Assembly: GCA_016193365.1 (NCBI GenBank)
Contig: JACPSI010000123.1
Coordinates: 20,543 to 84,542, forward strand
Direction: 5' to 3'
Origin: Ignavibacteriales bacterium
GTDB taxonomy: Bacteria > Bacteroidota > Ignavibacteria > UBA10030
DNA: 64,000 bases
This document shows positions 18,060-26,880 of this stretch, one piece after another. Below the pieces are notes generated by a model that was not told the origin of the DNA, made no database searches, and saw nothing but the letters and a program-made list of their open reading frames with translations. Positions within the stretch are counted from its first letter, which is position 1, and each line of letters opens with the position of its first letter. The position numbers were made by a program, and so were the translations under genes.

Positions 18060-18923
18060 ATGAAGCCAAAGTTTTTGTGCGGGGAATGTAGTTCAGCGTT
18101 GCAGTGGGGGGACAAGTTCTGTCCGGGCTGCGGCCGTCAGATCGAATGGCCTTCTGGCAAGGTTGCATCTGCTAGTGTGCTTCCTCAGACGGAAACTCAA
18201 TCTGTGCGATGTCAGAAGTGCGGGTCAACGAACCCATCAGTGAACGAATTCTGCCAAACGTGCGGTGCTTCCTTGTCTGGACGGAGGGACAAGCCGCAGC
18301 GACAGGAAGCAAAGCCGCAATCGCCGCGCGATGAGAAGAAATACAAGGTCGCTCCTGTCGTCAATTCCTGGAAGCTCGTGGCGGGTTTCTTTGCTTTCCT
18401 TATCGTGGGGATAACTCTCATGCAGTTTCTTTCGGGGACGAATACGATTCCTTCCATGCCTTCTCAGACCGCCCAACAACCTGCGGCGAACATGCAGGCG
18501 ATGCCTCAAATCGAGGAGATGGAAAAACAAGTCGCCGCAAACCCGAACAACCACGAGCTCATCCTGCGTCTCGCAAATCTCCTGCAAGACAACCGATTCT
18601 TTGATCGCGCGATCAAATACTACAAGGATTATCTCACCAAGCATCCAAACGATGCCAATGCCCGGGTGGATATGGGCATTTGCTATAACGACATGGGAAA
18701 CCTGGAGCAAGCGAAGAAAGAAATCGGGCTCGCCCTGACATACGAGCCGAAGCACCTCTTCGCACATTACAACCTCGGCATTGTGCACCTCAGGTCCGGC
18801 GAGATTGAAAAAGCGAACGAATGGTTTGAAAAAGTCGTGGCTTTAGACCCCCAGAGCGAAGTTGCTCAAAGGGCACAGCAGCTGCTTATCCAACACAATC
18901 CACAAAACCTTCAACCTAATTGA
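18060..18923 (+). CDS. Zinc-ribbon + TM + TPR repeat protein
   Basis: Two CxxC..CxxC ribbons (CGEC...CPGC and CQKC...CQTC), one TM helix, and C-terminal TPRs (ANARVDMGICYNDMGNLEQA). Confidence 0.7.
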   Translation: MKPKFLCGECSSALQWGDKFCPGCGRQIEWPSGKVASASVLPQTETQSVRCQKCGSTNPSVNEFCQTCGASLSGRRDKPQRQEAKPQSPRDEKKYKVAPVVNSWKLVAGFFAFLIVGITLMQFLSGTNTIPSMPSQTAQQPAANMQAMPQIEEMEKQVAANPNNHELILRLANLLQDNRFFDRAIKYYKDYLTKHPNDANARVDMGICYNDMGNLEQAKKEIGLALTYEPKHLFAHYNLGIVHLRSGEIEKANEWFEKVVALDPQSEVAQRAQQLLIQHNPQNLQPN

Positions 18924-18951
18924 CCCGTTCACGGGGTGAAAAGGAGGAACT

Positions 18952-19047
18952 ATGCCAAGTGGTAAAAAACGCAAACGCCACAAAATGGCAACTCACAAAA
19001 GAAAGAAACGCCTGCGAAAGATGCGTCATAAGAAGAAAATTCGATAG
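18952..19047 (+). CDS. 31-aa highly basic mini-protein, bS22/mS38 (AURKAIP1/COX24)-like
   Basis: Not in the ORF track (below its length cut-off). AAAGGAGGA Shine-Dalgarno sequence 6 nt upstream. Product is MPSGKKRKRHKMATHKRKKRLRKMRHKKKIR, which resembles the KKRRKRM.KKKHRKLL pattern of bS22. Confidence 0.6.
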   Translation: MPSGKKRKRHKMATHKRKKRLRKMRHKKKIR

Positions 19048-19080
19048 ACTCTCAATGTAGTTCGATCATTCACCTTCAGA

Positions 19081-19119
19081 CCCCACCTGCCCTCCCCTCA
19101 GAGGGGAGGAATGTTTTGT
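19081..19119. repeat. CCCTC/GAGGG-type hairpin repeat unit (family B), inverted relative to 12789-12830
   Basis: CACCTTCAGACCCCACCTGCCCTCCCCTCAGAGGGGAGG. Contains the near-perfect palindrome CCTCCCCTC-A-GAGGGGAGG. Confidence 0.6.
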
Positions 19120-19168
19120 GCGAGATTTTTTTGTGCGAAATCTGATAATAAATCTTAGCTTAAACTTT

Positions 19169-19289
19169 CGAGGCTGTCCAAAATGTAGGGCGGGAAGCTT
19201 TCCCGCCCCAATGGAGTTGCGAAAAAGAACTGAATTCATCAACTCCTGAGGTAATTCAAAAGGTTGAATGAATTTTTTGGACAGCCTCG
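19169..19289. mobile_element. 121-bp MITE-like element with 15-bp terminal inverted repeats CGAGGCTGTCCAAAA / TTTTGGACAGCCTCG
   Basis: The termini are perfect inverted repeats. The first ~38 nt (GAGGCTGTCCAAAATGTAGGGCGGGAAGCTTTCCCGCC) recur, inverted, at 61902-61939. No coding capacity. Confidence 0.6.
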
Positions 19290-19334
19290 CAGGTGAGGTC
19301 ATAAAATCAAGTTCGCTCGCGCAATCATACAAAA

Positions 19335-20213
19335 ATGAAAAGAATTCTCTCGACTCTCACTCTCGTAATTGCGTTACCTCTTTTTTCCTCAGTTACTCTC
19401 AGCTGGGGATTTTGGGCTCACAAAGAAATTCACCGCTATGCCATTCAGTCCCTCCCGTCAGAAATGCGCCCGTTTTTTGAGGACTATGGTGATTCAATCA
19501 TCGCACGCTCCGTCGACGCAGACCGGCGAAGGAACGTAGACAAAAATGAAGGCCCGTATCATTATATCGACATTGACCGCTACGGGAAATATCCTTTTGA
19601 AGAGCTGCCGAGAAACTACGATGATGCAGTCAAGAAATTTGGCAAAGAGATGGTCGATACAAACGGGACCGTCCCCTGGCGTATTGCGAGTTTTACGGAA
19701 CGACTTACCGACGCGATGAAGAGGAAAGACAGAAGGTCGATGTTATTCCATGTCGCCAACCTCGGACATTACATTGCCGACGCTCACGTGCCGCTCCACA
19801 GCACGGAGAACTATGACGGTAAAATGACAAACCAGGCGGGGCTTCATTCACGCTGGGAAAGCCAGCTCCCGGAGAGGTTTGGCGGCGACTACAAGCTGGC
19901 GCCCGCAACCGCGGAACATATCGAGGACCCGCTCGCGACAGCTTTTGATGTTGTACTCGAGAGTTTTGAGCGCGTGGATTCGGTGCTTCGACTCGACTTG
20001 AAAGCTAAGGAAGGAATTCCTGAGTCCGAGCTGGTCACGACAAAACGTGAACGCGGGAGGACGGTATATCTCTACAGCGATAAATACTATGAGCGGTATC
20101 ATGCACTCCTCAACGGCATGGTTGAGCGGAGATTGAATGACGCCGTGCGCCGGGTTGCCAGTTATTGGTACACTGCATGGGTGAACGCGGGAAAACCAGA
20201 CCTTGTGAACTAG
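19335..20213 (+). CDS. S1/P1 nuclease / zinc-dependent phospholipase C-fold family protein (secreted)
   Basis: Signal peptide, then WGFWAHKEI at the mature N-terminus, and HYIADAHVPLHST metal-ligand motifs. Confidence 0.55.
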   Translation: MKRILSTLTLVIALPLFSSVTLSWGFWAHKEIHRYAIQSLPSEMRPFFEDYGDSIIARSVDADRRRNVDKNEGPYHYIDIDRYGKYPFEELPRNYDDAVKKFGKEMVDTNGTVPWRIASFTERLTDAMKRKDRRSMLFHVANLGHYIADAHVPLHSTENYDGKMTNQAGLHSRWESQLPERFGGDYKLAPATAEHIEDPLATAFDVVLESFERVDSVLRLDLKAKEGIPESELVTTKRERGRTVYLYSDKYYERYHALLNGMVERRLNDAVRRVASYWYTAWVNAGKPDLVN

Positions 20214-20285
20214 AACGAAAGTTGTTTCTTTAGAATGAATTTTCTACTTTGAACTCAACATTTCATTTCTTTTTTGGAGGCGTTT

Positions 20286-20621
20286 ATGGCTAACGACAAC
20301 GACGGAATGGCAAAAGGTCTCATCATCGGCTTCATCGCCGGAGGCATTGTTGGAGCTGTGATGGCGCTTCTCTATGCCCCGACGGCCGGAAGGGAACTCA
20401 GAGCGAATATCAAAGACAAAGCACGCGACGCGATGGACACCACCGATGAGTACATAACGAAAGCGCGCACAACAGCGAAGGATATCATCAACGAGGGCAA
20501 AAGCAGGTCCGAAAGCCTGATCACGGACGCAAAACGTCGCGCCGAATCAATCATGGGAGATGCCGAGCGTATACTTTCCGACGCACGGTCAAAGAGCGGC
20601 AATGAAGGGTCGAAAAGCTGA
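20286..20621 (+). CDS. YtxH domain protein
   Basis: GLIIGFIAGGIVGAVMALLYAPTAGRELR followed by a long charged helix. ATG 20286 is preferred over TTG 20274. Confidence 0.75.
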   Translation: MANDNDGMAKGLIIGFIAGGIVGAVMALLYAPTAGRELRANIKDKARDAMDTTDEYITKARTTAKDIINEGKSRSESLITDAKRRAESIMGDAERILSDARSKSGNEGSKS

Positions 20622-20662
20622 AAAGTTCACACCCTCACTGTACCTAAAAAAGGAATCTCAAC

Positions 20663-21055
20663 GTGGAATCATTTCTGCAGGTTGTCCAGATGGTCGCGCT
20701 CATCAGCGCCTCGGCCCTCTGCGTGTATCTTATCATCACTCTCGTGAAACTGAATGACCTGTTTGGGATGCTCCAGAAGGACTTGGGAGAGATTTCCAGA
20801 AACGCAAAGCCGGTATTTGAGAACCTGAATGTCATCACCGAGAAATTGAAATCCATCAGCACAAAAGTGGATGAGCAGGCAAACATGTTCAGGGATTCCA
20901 TGGAATCTTTCAGGATGCTGGCGGAGAACGTTCTGGAGTTCGAGAGAAGGATTGAACAACGCGTGGAAGAGCCTATCATACGCGTGACATCGATCCTCGG
21001 CGGCCTGGTCGACCGATTCACTTCGTTGTTCCGGCGGCCGCAAACCCCGCAGTAA
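20663..21055 (+). CDS. DUF948-like membrane-anchored coiled-coil protein
   Basis: GTG start, one N-terminal TM helix, then a helical region (LNDLFGMLQKDLGEISRNAKPVFENLNVITEKL). Commonly paired with YtxH genes. Confidence 0.6.
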   Translation: MESFLQVVQMVALISASALCVYLIITLVKLNDLFGMLQKDLGEISRNAKPVFENLNVITEKLKSISTKVDEQANMFRDSMESFRMLAENVLEFERRIEQRVEEPIIRVTSILGGLVDRFTSLFRRPQTPQ

Positions 21056-21127
21056 GCATGAGTTCTTCATAATTGTTCCTCGTGATTGATGTTCCGCGTT
21101 GGAGTCCTCTAATCCGGGAGAAAAAGA

Positions 21128-23236
21128 GTGGCACAAGCTCACTTTAAAGAATATTCCGTCGATAAGATTCGCAACGTCAGCCTTATCGGTCACGGCGGGT
21201 CGGGAAAAACGACGTTGACCGAGGCTCTTCTCTTTACCACAGGGACGACAAACCGTCTCGGCAAGGTCGACGACGGCTCGACCGTTTCGGATTATCATCC
21301 GGACGAAATCGAAAGAAAAATCTCCATCAACGCGTCGCTCCTCCACGCAGAGTGGCAAGGAACCAAGGTCAACGTTCTGGACACGCCGGGATACTCCGAC
21401 TTCATCGGCGAAGTGCTGAGCTCGCTGAGGGTATCGGACACGGCCGTCGTTCTCGTCAAGGCTGTGGAAGGAGCGGAGGTTGGCACGGAGATCGTCTGGA
21501 ATTACGCAAGAGAATACAAAACGCCCACCCTGGTGCTCGTCAATAAGCTGGACAACGAAAACGCCGAATTCGACCATGCGCTTTCCACGATACGGGAACG
21601 GTTTGGCCATGATGTTACCGTCGTGCAGTTTCCCGTCAACCAGGGCTTGCCGTTTGATTCCGTCGTGGACGTCCTTCGGATGAAACTGCTGAAATTCAAC
21701 CGCGATGGGACCGGAAAGTTTACTGAAAGTGATATTCCCGCCGACCTGAAACAAAGAGCCGATGCCCTCCATGAAGAGCTCATTGAAAAAATCGCCGAAA
21801 CGGACGAAGAATTGATGAACAAGTTTTTCGAGGACGGCACGTTGAAAGAGCCCGAGCTTCAGCGTGGAATGCGGGTGGCGCTCCTTGCGCGCAAAATTTT
21901 CCCCGTGTTCTGCGCGGCTTCTTCCATGAACGTCGGCACTGTCCCCCTTATTGATTTTCTCATCAACTATGCGCCCTCGCCAAAAGACAGAGGCGAGGTG
22001 ACAGCAAAGGACCTTCAGGCAAAAAAGGAAATATCCGTCGCTCCCGACGCAGCCAGGCCGCCTGCGGTTTTTGTTTTTAAAACGGTTTCGGAACAGCATG
22101 TGGGGGAGCTCTCGTATTTCCGCGTCTACTCAGGTGCAATTTCTCCAGGCATGGACCTTCTCAACGAAACAAACGGGAAAACGGAGCGTTTGGGTCAGGT
22201 CTTTTTGATGAACGGCAAAGAACGACGTGAAGTCGGCAAACTCCTTGCCGGAGACATCGGCGCCGTTGTCAAGCTCAGAGACACGCACACGAACAATACG
22301 CTGAGCAGCAAAGCTTTTCCCGTTGAGTTTCCGCCCATTCAGTTCCCCGACCCGGTGATTCGAATGGCGATTGTGTCGAAATCGAAAGGAGACGAGGACC
22401 GCATCGCCACAGGTCTTCATTATCTCCACGAAGAAGACCCCACCTTTGTCGTCCAGGTGGATGCGCAGCTGAGCCAAACGGTCATCGCGGGGCAGGGAGA
22501 GTTGCACCTGCTTATTGTCACGAAACGGCTCAAAGAAAAATACGGTGTCGATGTTGACCTTGCCGAGCCGAGAATTCCGTATAAAGAAACCATCAAGGGC
22601 GTGGTTCCGAATGTCGATTACAAGCACAAGAAACAAACGGGCGGACGTGGCCAATTCGGCCATGTGTACCTGAAAATAGAGCCAAAGCCGAGAGGAACCG
22701 GTTTTGAGTTTGAGGATGCCATTGTTGGAGGAGTTGTGCCGGGAAGATTCGTCCCAGCAGTCGAAAAAGGCATTGTCGATATCATGCACAAAGGTGTCAT
22801 TGCGGGTTACGAAGTCGTCGATGTGAAGGTCACATTGCATGATGGGTCGTATCATACTGTGGACTCCGACGAACTGTCGTTTAAGATCGCTGGTTCCATG
22901 GCATTCAAGAAAGGTTTCATGGATGCACGGCCCGTGATATTGGAGCCGATTAACGAGGTGGAAGTTGTGGTCCCTGAAGAATACATGGGTGACGTCATGG
23001 GGGATCTTTCGGCGCGGCGCGGGAAAATTCAGGGAATGGAGACTGAAGGTCCATTCCAGAAAATCAAAGCCCTTATCCCCATGGCCGAGTTACACAAGTA
23101 CTCAACGATTCTTCGCTCCATGACTCAAGGCAGAGGAATTTACCGCACCAAGTTTTCCCACTACGACGAACTCCCGCGCGAACAAGCCGAAAAAGTCATC
23201 GCCGCGCACGATAGAGCAAAAGTGGAAGCTGCTTAA
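21128..23236 (+). CDS. fusA: Elongation factor G paralogue (EF-G2-like translational GTPase)
   Basis: 702 aa. G1 GHGGSGKTT, G3 DTPGYSDF and G4 NKLD, plus EF-G domains II-V (HLLIVTKRLKEKYGV, KKQTGGRGQFGHV). It is not in an str-operon context, and G1 deviates from the canonical AHIDAGKTT. Confidence 0.85.
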   Translation: MAQAHFKEYSVDKIRNVSLIGHGGSGKTTLTEALLFTTGTTNRLGKVDDGSTVSDYHPDEIERKISINASLLHAEWQGTKVNVLDTPGYSDFIGEVLSSLRVSDTAVVLVKAVEGAEVGTEIVWNYAREYKTPTLVLVNKLDNENAEFDHALSTIRERFGHDVTVVQFPVNQGLPFDSVVDVLRMKLLKFNRDGTGKFTESDIPADLKQRADALHEELIEKIAETDEELMNKFFEDGTLKEPELQRGMRVALLARKIFPVFCAASSMNVGTVPLIDFLINYAPSPKDRGEVTAKDLQAKKEISVAPDAARPPAVFVFKTVSEQHVGELSYFRVYSGAISPGMDLLNETNGKTERLGQVFLMNGKERREVGKLLAGDIGAVVKLRDTHTNNTLSSKAFPVEFPPIQFPDPVIRMAIVSKSKGDEDRIATGLHYLHEEDPTFVVQVDAQLSQTVIAGQGELHLLIVTKRLKEKYGVDVDLAEPRIPYKETIKGVVPNVDYKHKKQTGGRGQFGHVYLKIEPKPRGTGFEFEDAIVGGVVPGRFVPAVEKGIVDIMHKGVIAGYEVVDVKVTLHDGSYHTVDSDELSFKIAGSMAFKKGFMDARPVILEPINEVEVVVPEEYMGDVMGDLSARRGKIQGMETEGPFQKIKALIPMAELHKYSTILRSMTQGRGIYRTKFSHYDELPREQAEKVIAAHDRAKVEAA

Positions 23237-23463
23237 AACGGCTATTAATTTCAACCTCTCCTTCCAATGCTTCCAGTGCTTTTGTAAGGACAAAAGAATT
23301 ATCCATTGCGTTTGGCATAGCAATTTCCTAAACTAATGCCCAAACAAATGGAGCCGAAGGTAATGCCCCACATCCACAAGGCTTCCCCTGGCACCATAAC
23401 CGTCCGCGAAGTTCATACCCTCCACAAGACTGATAGCACATTGAACGAAGACCGACCTCTCTC

Positions 23464-24643
23464 ATGGCGAAAACAAGCCAAGAGATAAGTCTCTTATTCC
23501 GAAAAGCCAAAGTTGACAGATCGTGGTCTTTTGACGACAATCGATCAACTGACACATGGACACATGGCTTTCACAGGTACCCCGCAAAGTTCCTGCCAGA
23601 ATTGGTGAAAAAGCTCATTGAACGCTATGCTAAGAAGGACGATCTCGTGGCTGACCTGTTTGCAGGATGCGGCACAACCTTGGTTGAATCTAAGATTCAC
23701 GGCAAAAGATGTGTTGGAGTCGACATCAATCCAGTCTCCCGATTAATCACAGAAGCGAAAACAAATGCTATAGAACCTCGCAAGCTGGATCGATACTTTC
23801 AGAAAGTTCTTCGAGATATATCAAAATACAAGTATGATAAAAGCGCAATCGTTCAGAAGCATCAAAGACTAGTTTATTGGTTCGGCAAACGACGGCGAGC
23901 TAAGATTGATTACTTGTATAAGTCGATTGCTGGATTGAGAGACAAAAACGTCAAAATATTCTTTCAGTGCGCCCTTTCAAACATTCTAAAGAATTGTTCG
24001 AGATGGTTGCAGACTAGTACGAAACCTCAGATTGATCCTGACAAAAAATCAGCAGATCCTTTTTTGGCTTTCAAGTATCAAGCAAAGAGAATGATCTCAC
24101 AAAACAAAACATACTACAATCACTTAAAAGCCCAAAAAATACTAAGCACCAGTTGCAAGATCAAACTAGCTGATGCTAAGCACACTGGAATAAGGTCTAA
24201 TTCAGTTGGAATTATTATCACCTCACCCCCATATGTCACTTCGTATGAATATGCGGACATTCATCAACTTACCGGCTACTGGTTTAGTTATTTCAAAAAC
24301 ATACATACCTTTCGTAGAAAGTTCATTGGGACTTTCTACTCCGGCAACAACAGTTTGGTGGTTAATGGAGCGCTTGCTCAGCAGACTGTTCAGAAATTGT
24401 TTTCAAAAGACCCGAGAACCGCTAAAGAAGTGGCGAACTTTTTTAATGACATGGATCACTGGCTATCTGTTGGCTAACAATTTGAAGATAAAAAAAGTGG
24501 TCAGAAGAAGTATACCGTGGAAGCACAAGTTAATTCCAACCATAAGGGACAAGGTGACTGGAAGATTTTCGACGATACGAGCTATGAATAGTACGCTGGT
24601 TTATCCAAATGAATATATCATTATAGCTTCAAAGGCAGCATGA
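23464..24643 (+). pseudogene. Alpha-type amino-DNA methyltransferase (N4-C or N6-A; SPPY class) with a frame break near its 3' end
   Basis: HRYPAKFLPELV, AdoMet motif DLFAGCGTTLVES and VGVDINP, then catalytic IIITSPPY ~185 aa later (order I...TRD...IV = alpha class). Frame 1 stops at 24477 (FFNDMDHWLSVG*). A family-like C-terminus (IPWKHKLIPTIRDKVTGRFS...YPNEYIIIASK) continues in the +1 frame to 24643 (tail of track ORF 24206..24643). Confidence 0.7.
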
Positions 24644-26871
24644 AAAACAAGATTGGAAAACTCACGCCGCGACCTTACGCCCGTCTGCTGACAATGATTG
24701 GTGAGCAGCTTATTAAGAATGAGAAAGTGGCTTTAGTTGAGATTATAAAGAACTCATATGATGCGGACGCAGACTGGGTGCAAGTGAGATTTATTGACTT
24801 CGATGAGAGCGAAGGAGATCTAATGCCATCAAAGGAGTCCATGGTTGAAATAGAAGACAACGGGGATGGAATGACATTCGATGTGATATCAGACTCATGG
24901 ATGAATCCAGCATCACCGACGAAGTTTCTCGCAAAAGAGAAGGGGCGTAAGTTCACGAAGAGGAAGGAGCGAGTTATTCAAGGCGAAAAAGGGATTGGAA
25001 GATACGCTGTGTTTAAGCTGGGCAGGTCAATTGAAATAATTACGAAGTCCATTGAAAAAAATAGCCCGGAGATTGTCGTTCGAAATGATTTTTCCGAATT
25101 TGACGAAGAGATGATAAGCGATCGTGGTAAGAAAGGTTCACCTATTTTTCTTGATGAGATAAGGTACGACTACGAGGTTAGAAATGATCCTGTAGAATTC
25201 GTGGAAAAGGAACTTGATGTGAGAGGGAAGAGGGAAAAGCGGAATCATGGCACAATAATTAGAATACGGAGCGTCGCAGGCGATTGGTCGATCAGGAGGA
25301 TCGAGGAAATCGCCGAAGACACCTCGAAGATGGGATATCCATTCTCCGAAGATGAAATTAAGCAAGATTTCATCGTTGACTTTGTGATCAATAATGTAAG
25401 TGTGATGGCAGAAGATCCAAAGTCAGAATTGGAGAGACTCTTCGAGAAAGCTCCTCTCAGGGTTATTAATGGGAGATACTTGTCTGCTAGTCAGAAGTTT
25501 TCTTTTGAGCTAAACGGTAAGGAAACAGATTTCTCGATAGATCGACTAAAGGAGAACAAAGAGTTTAGGGACTATTTTTGTGAGAAAAAAACATTAAGAA
25601 TTAAGAGGAAGCCTGAATGTGGTTCATTCAGCTTCCAGTTCTACGTTTTCGATCTGACTTCAGAGGCCCCAAGCAAGTATATGCTTGATATCAATGAAAA
25701 GAAGTTTGTGAGAAAGCACAGGATATACTTGTACAGGGATGGCATCAGAGTGTATCCATACGGCGATCCATCAGATGACTGGTTAGGAATTGACGTCCTT
25801 CGGGGAACAGGCCGAGCAGGAGACTACCTCAGTAATGACCAAACGATTGGTTACATCGGGATTACGAGAGATGGCAACCCCTATTTAAAGGATAAAACTA
25901 ATCGAGAGGGTCTGCTTGAAATAGGATATTCATTGAGTGATTTCCGAGTTCTTATTCAAGGTTTGATTGGCCTCTTGCATGTGGAATACAAAAAGTACAA
26001 GTCTTCCACCAGGAGCAAGCAAATAATTCGTGCTTTTCAACTGCGCGATATCGAGACTCATTTCGAATCTCTGATTTCACATTTGGAGAGCAAAGGTGAC
26101 CCGAAGTCTGTAAGCTTGGTACGTGAATTGTTAAAGGAATACGAGAAGGAAAGAAAATATTTACTTGAAAGATCTGAAGTGACAGAAGACCTTGCTGCCG
26201 TTGGACTCACCGTCGAAGCAGCCTCTCATGATCTTATGATAATGCTTAATAAAGCCAAAAAGGTCATTGATCGTCTTATTTCGTTGTTGGACCAGCCGAC
26301 CATTGAAAAATCTAAGCTGAAAGAAAATCTCACGACATTAAAGGGCCAAATAGAGTTCATTGGTTACAATATAGAGGGGATTCAACCGCTGTTTAGGTCA
26401 TCGAAAAGGGGAGCCCAAAACCTAAATGTTCGTGCGGTTATTAATAATGTTAGAAGATACTATGAAGACTTATTGATGAGACACGACATAAAGTTTACGA
26501 TTTCTCAAAAAGGGGACGATTTGGTCGTGAGAACTAACGAGGCCGTTTTACTTCAGTCGTTCATGAATCTACTCGACAATTCAATCTATTGGCTGAATAC
26601 ATCCGATAAAGGTGCGAAAGAAATACAAGTAACCATCAATTCGAAAAGGCAACGTGTGCTATTTGCTGATAACGGACCTGGTGTCGCAAAAGAGAATATC
26701 CCGTACATCTTCGAACCCTTCTTTTCTACGAAAGGGATTAGTGGACGCGGCCTTGGTTTGTATATAGCTCGTCAGCTCATGGAGAGAAACGGATTCAGTA
26801 TTGATTATATCGATTCTAAAGGGGTGCTTAATGGGGCAAATTTCTTATTGAGCTTTGCACCGCCAGACTAA
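24640..26871 (+). CDS. Soluble dual-GHKL protein: N-terminal MORC/Hsp90/MutL-type ATPase + C-terminal histidine-kinase core (DHp H-box + HATPase_c)
   Basis: N-terminal Bergerat motifs EIIKNSYDADA, IEDNGDGM and GEKGIGRYAVFKLG. The middle region has IYLYRDGIRVYPYGDPSDDWLGID. C-terminal H-box VEAASHDLMIML, N-box FMNLLDNSIYW, G1 ADNGPGV, F-box FEPFFSTK and G2 GRGLGLYIARQLME. No TM or PAS/GAF-type sensor is evident. The ATG overlaps the upstream frame's stop (ATGA). Confidence 0.8.
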   Translation: MKNKIGKLTPRPYARLLTMIGEQLIKNEKVALVEIIKNSYDADADWVQVRFIDFDESEGDLMPSKESMVEIEDNGDGMTFDVISDSWMNPASPTKFLAKEKGRKFTKRKERVIQGEKGIGRYAVFKLGRSIEIITKSIEKNSPEIVVRNDFSEFDEEMISDRGKKGSPIFLDEIRYDYEVRNDPVEFVEKELDVRGKREKRNHGTIIRIRSVAGDWSIRRIEEIAEDTSKMGYPFSEDEIKQDFIVDFVINNVSVMAEDPKSELERLFEKAPLRVINGRYLSASQKFSFELNGKETDFSIDRLKENKEFRDYFCEKKTLRIKRKPECGSFSFQFYVFDLTSEAPSKYMLDINEKKFVRKHRIYLYRDGIRVYPYGDPSDDWLGIDVLRGTGRAGDYLSNDQTIGYIGITRDGNPYLKDKTNREGLLEIGYSLSDFRVLIQGLIGLLHVEYKKYKSSTRSKQIIRAFQLRDIETHFESLISHLESKGDPKSVSLVRELLKEYEKERKYLLERSEVTEDLAAVGLTVEAASHDLMIMLNKAKKVIDRLISLLDQPTIEKSKLKENLTTLKGQIEFIGYNIEGIQPLFRSSKRGAQNLNVRAVINNVRRYYEDLLMRHDIKFTISQKGDDLVVRTNEAVLLQSFMNLLDNSIYWLNTSDKGAKEIQVTINSKRQRVLFADNGPGVAKENIPYIFEPFFSTKGISGRGLGLYIARQLMERNGFSIDYIDSKGVLNGANFLLSFAPPD

Positions 26872-26880
26872 GGAGGCACG

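Noticed and set aside
16960-18168. 402-aa minus-strand ORF
   Set aside because: It is antisense to sppA, the HU-like gene and the TPR gene, all of which have clear family signatures. The translation is low-complexity and Arg/His-rich with no motif. This is a shadow ORF.
20669-22099. 476-aa minus-strand ORF
   Set aside because: It is antisense to the DUF948-like gene and the EF-G paralogue. It has no recognisable motif. This is a typical shadow frame of a long, strongly supported gene.
23336-23488. 50-aa ORF (MPKQMEPKVMPHIHKASPGTITVREVH...) just upstream of and overlapping the methyltransferase start; considered as a controller (C) protein
   Set aside because: It has no helix-turn-helix pattern and no Shine-Dalgarno sequence, and it is too short for a C-protein. 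It is kept only as a possibility to test by conservation.
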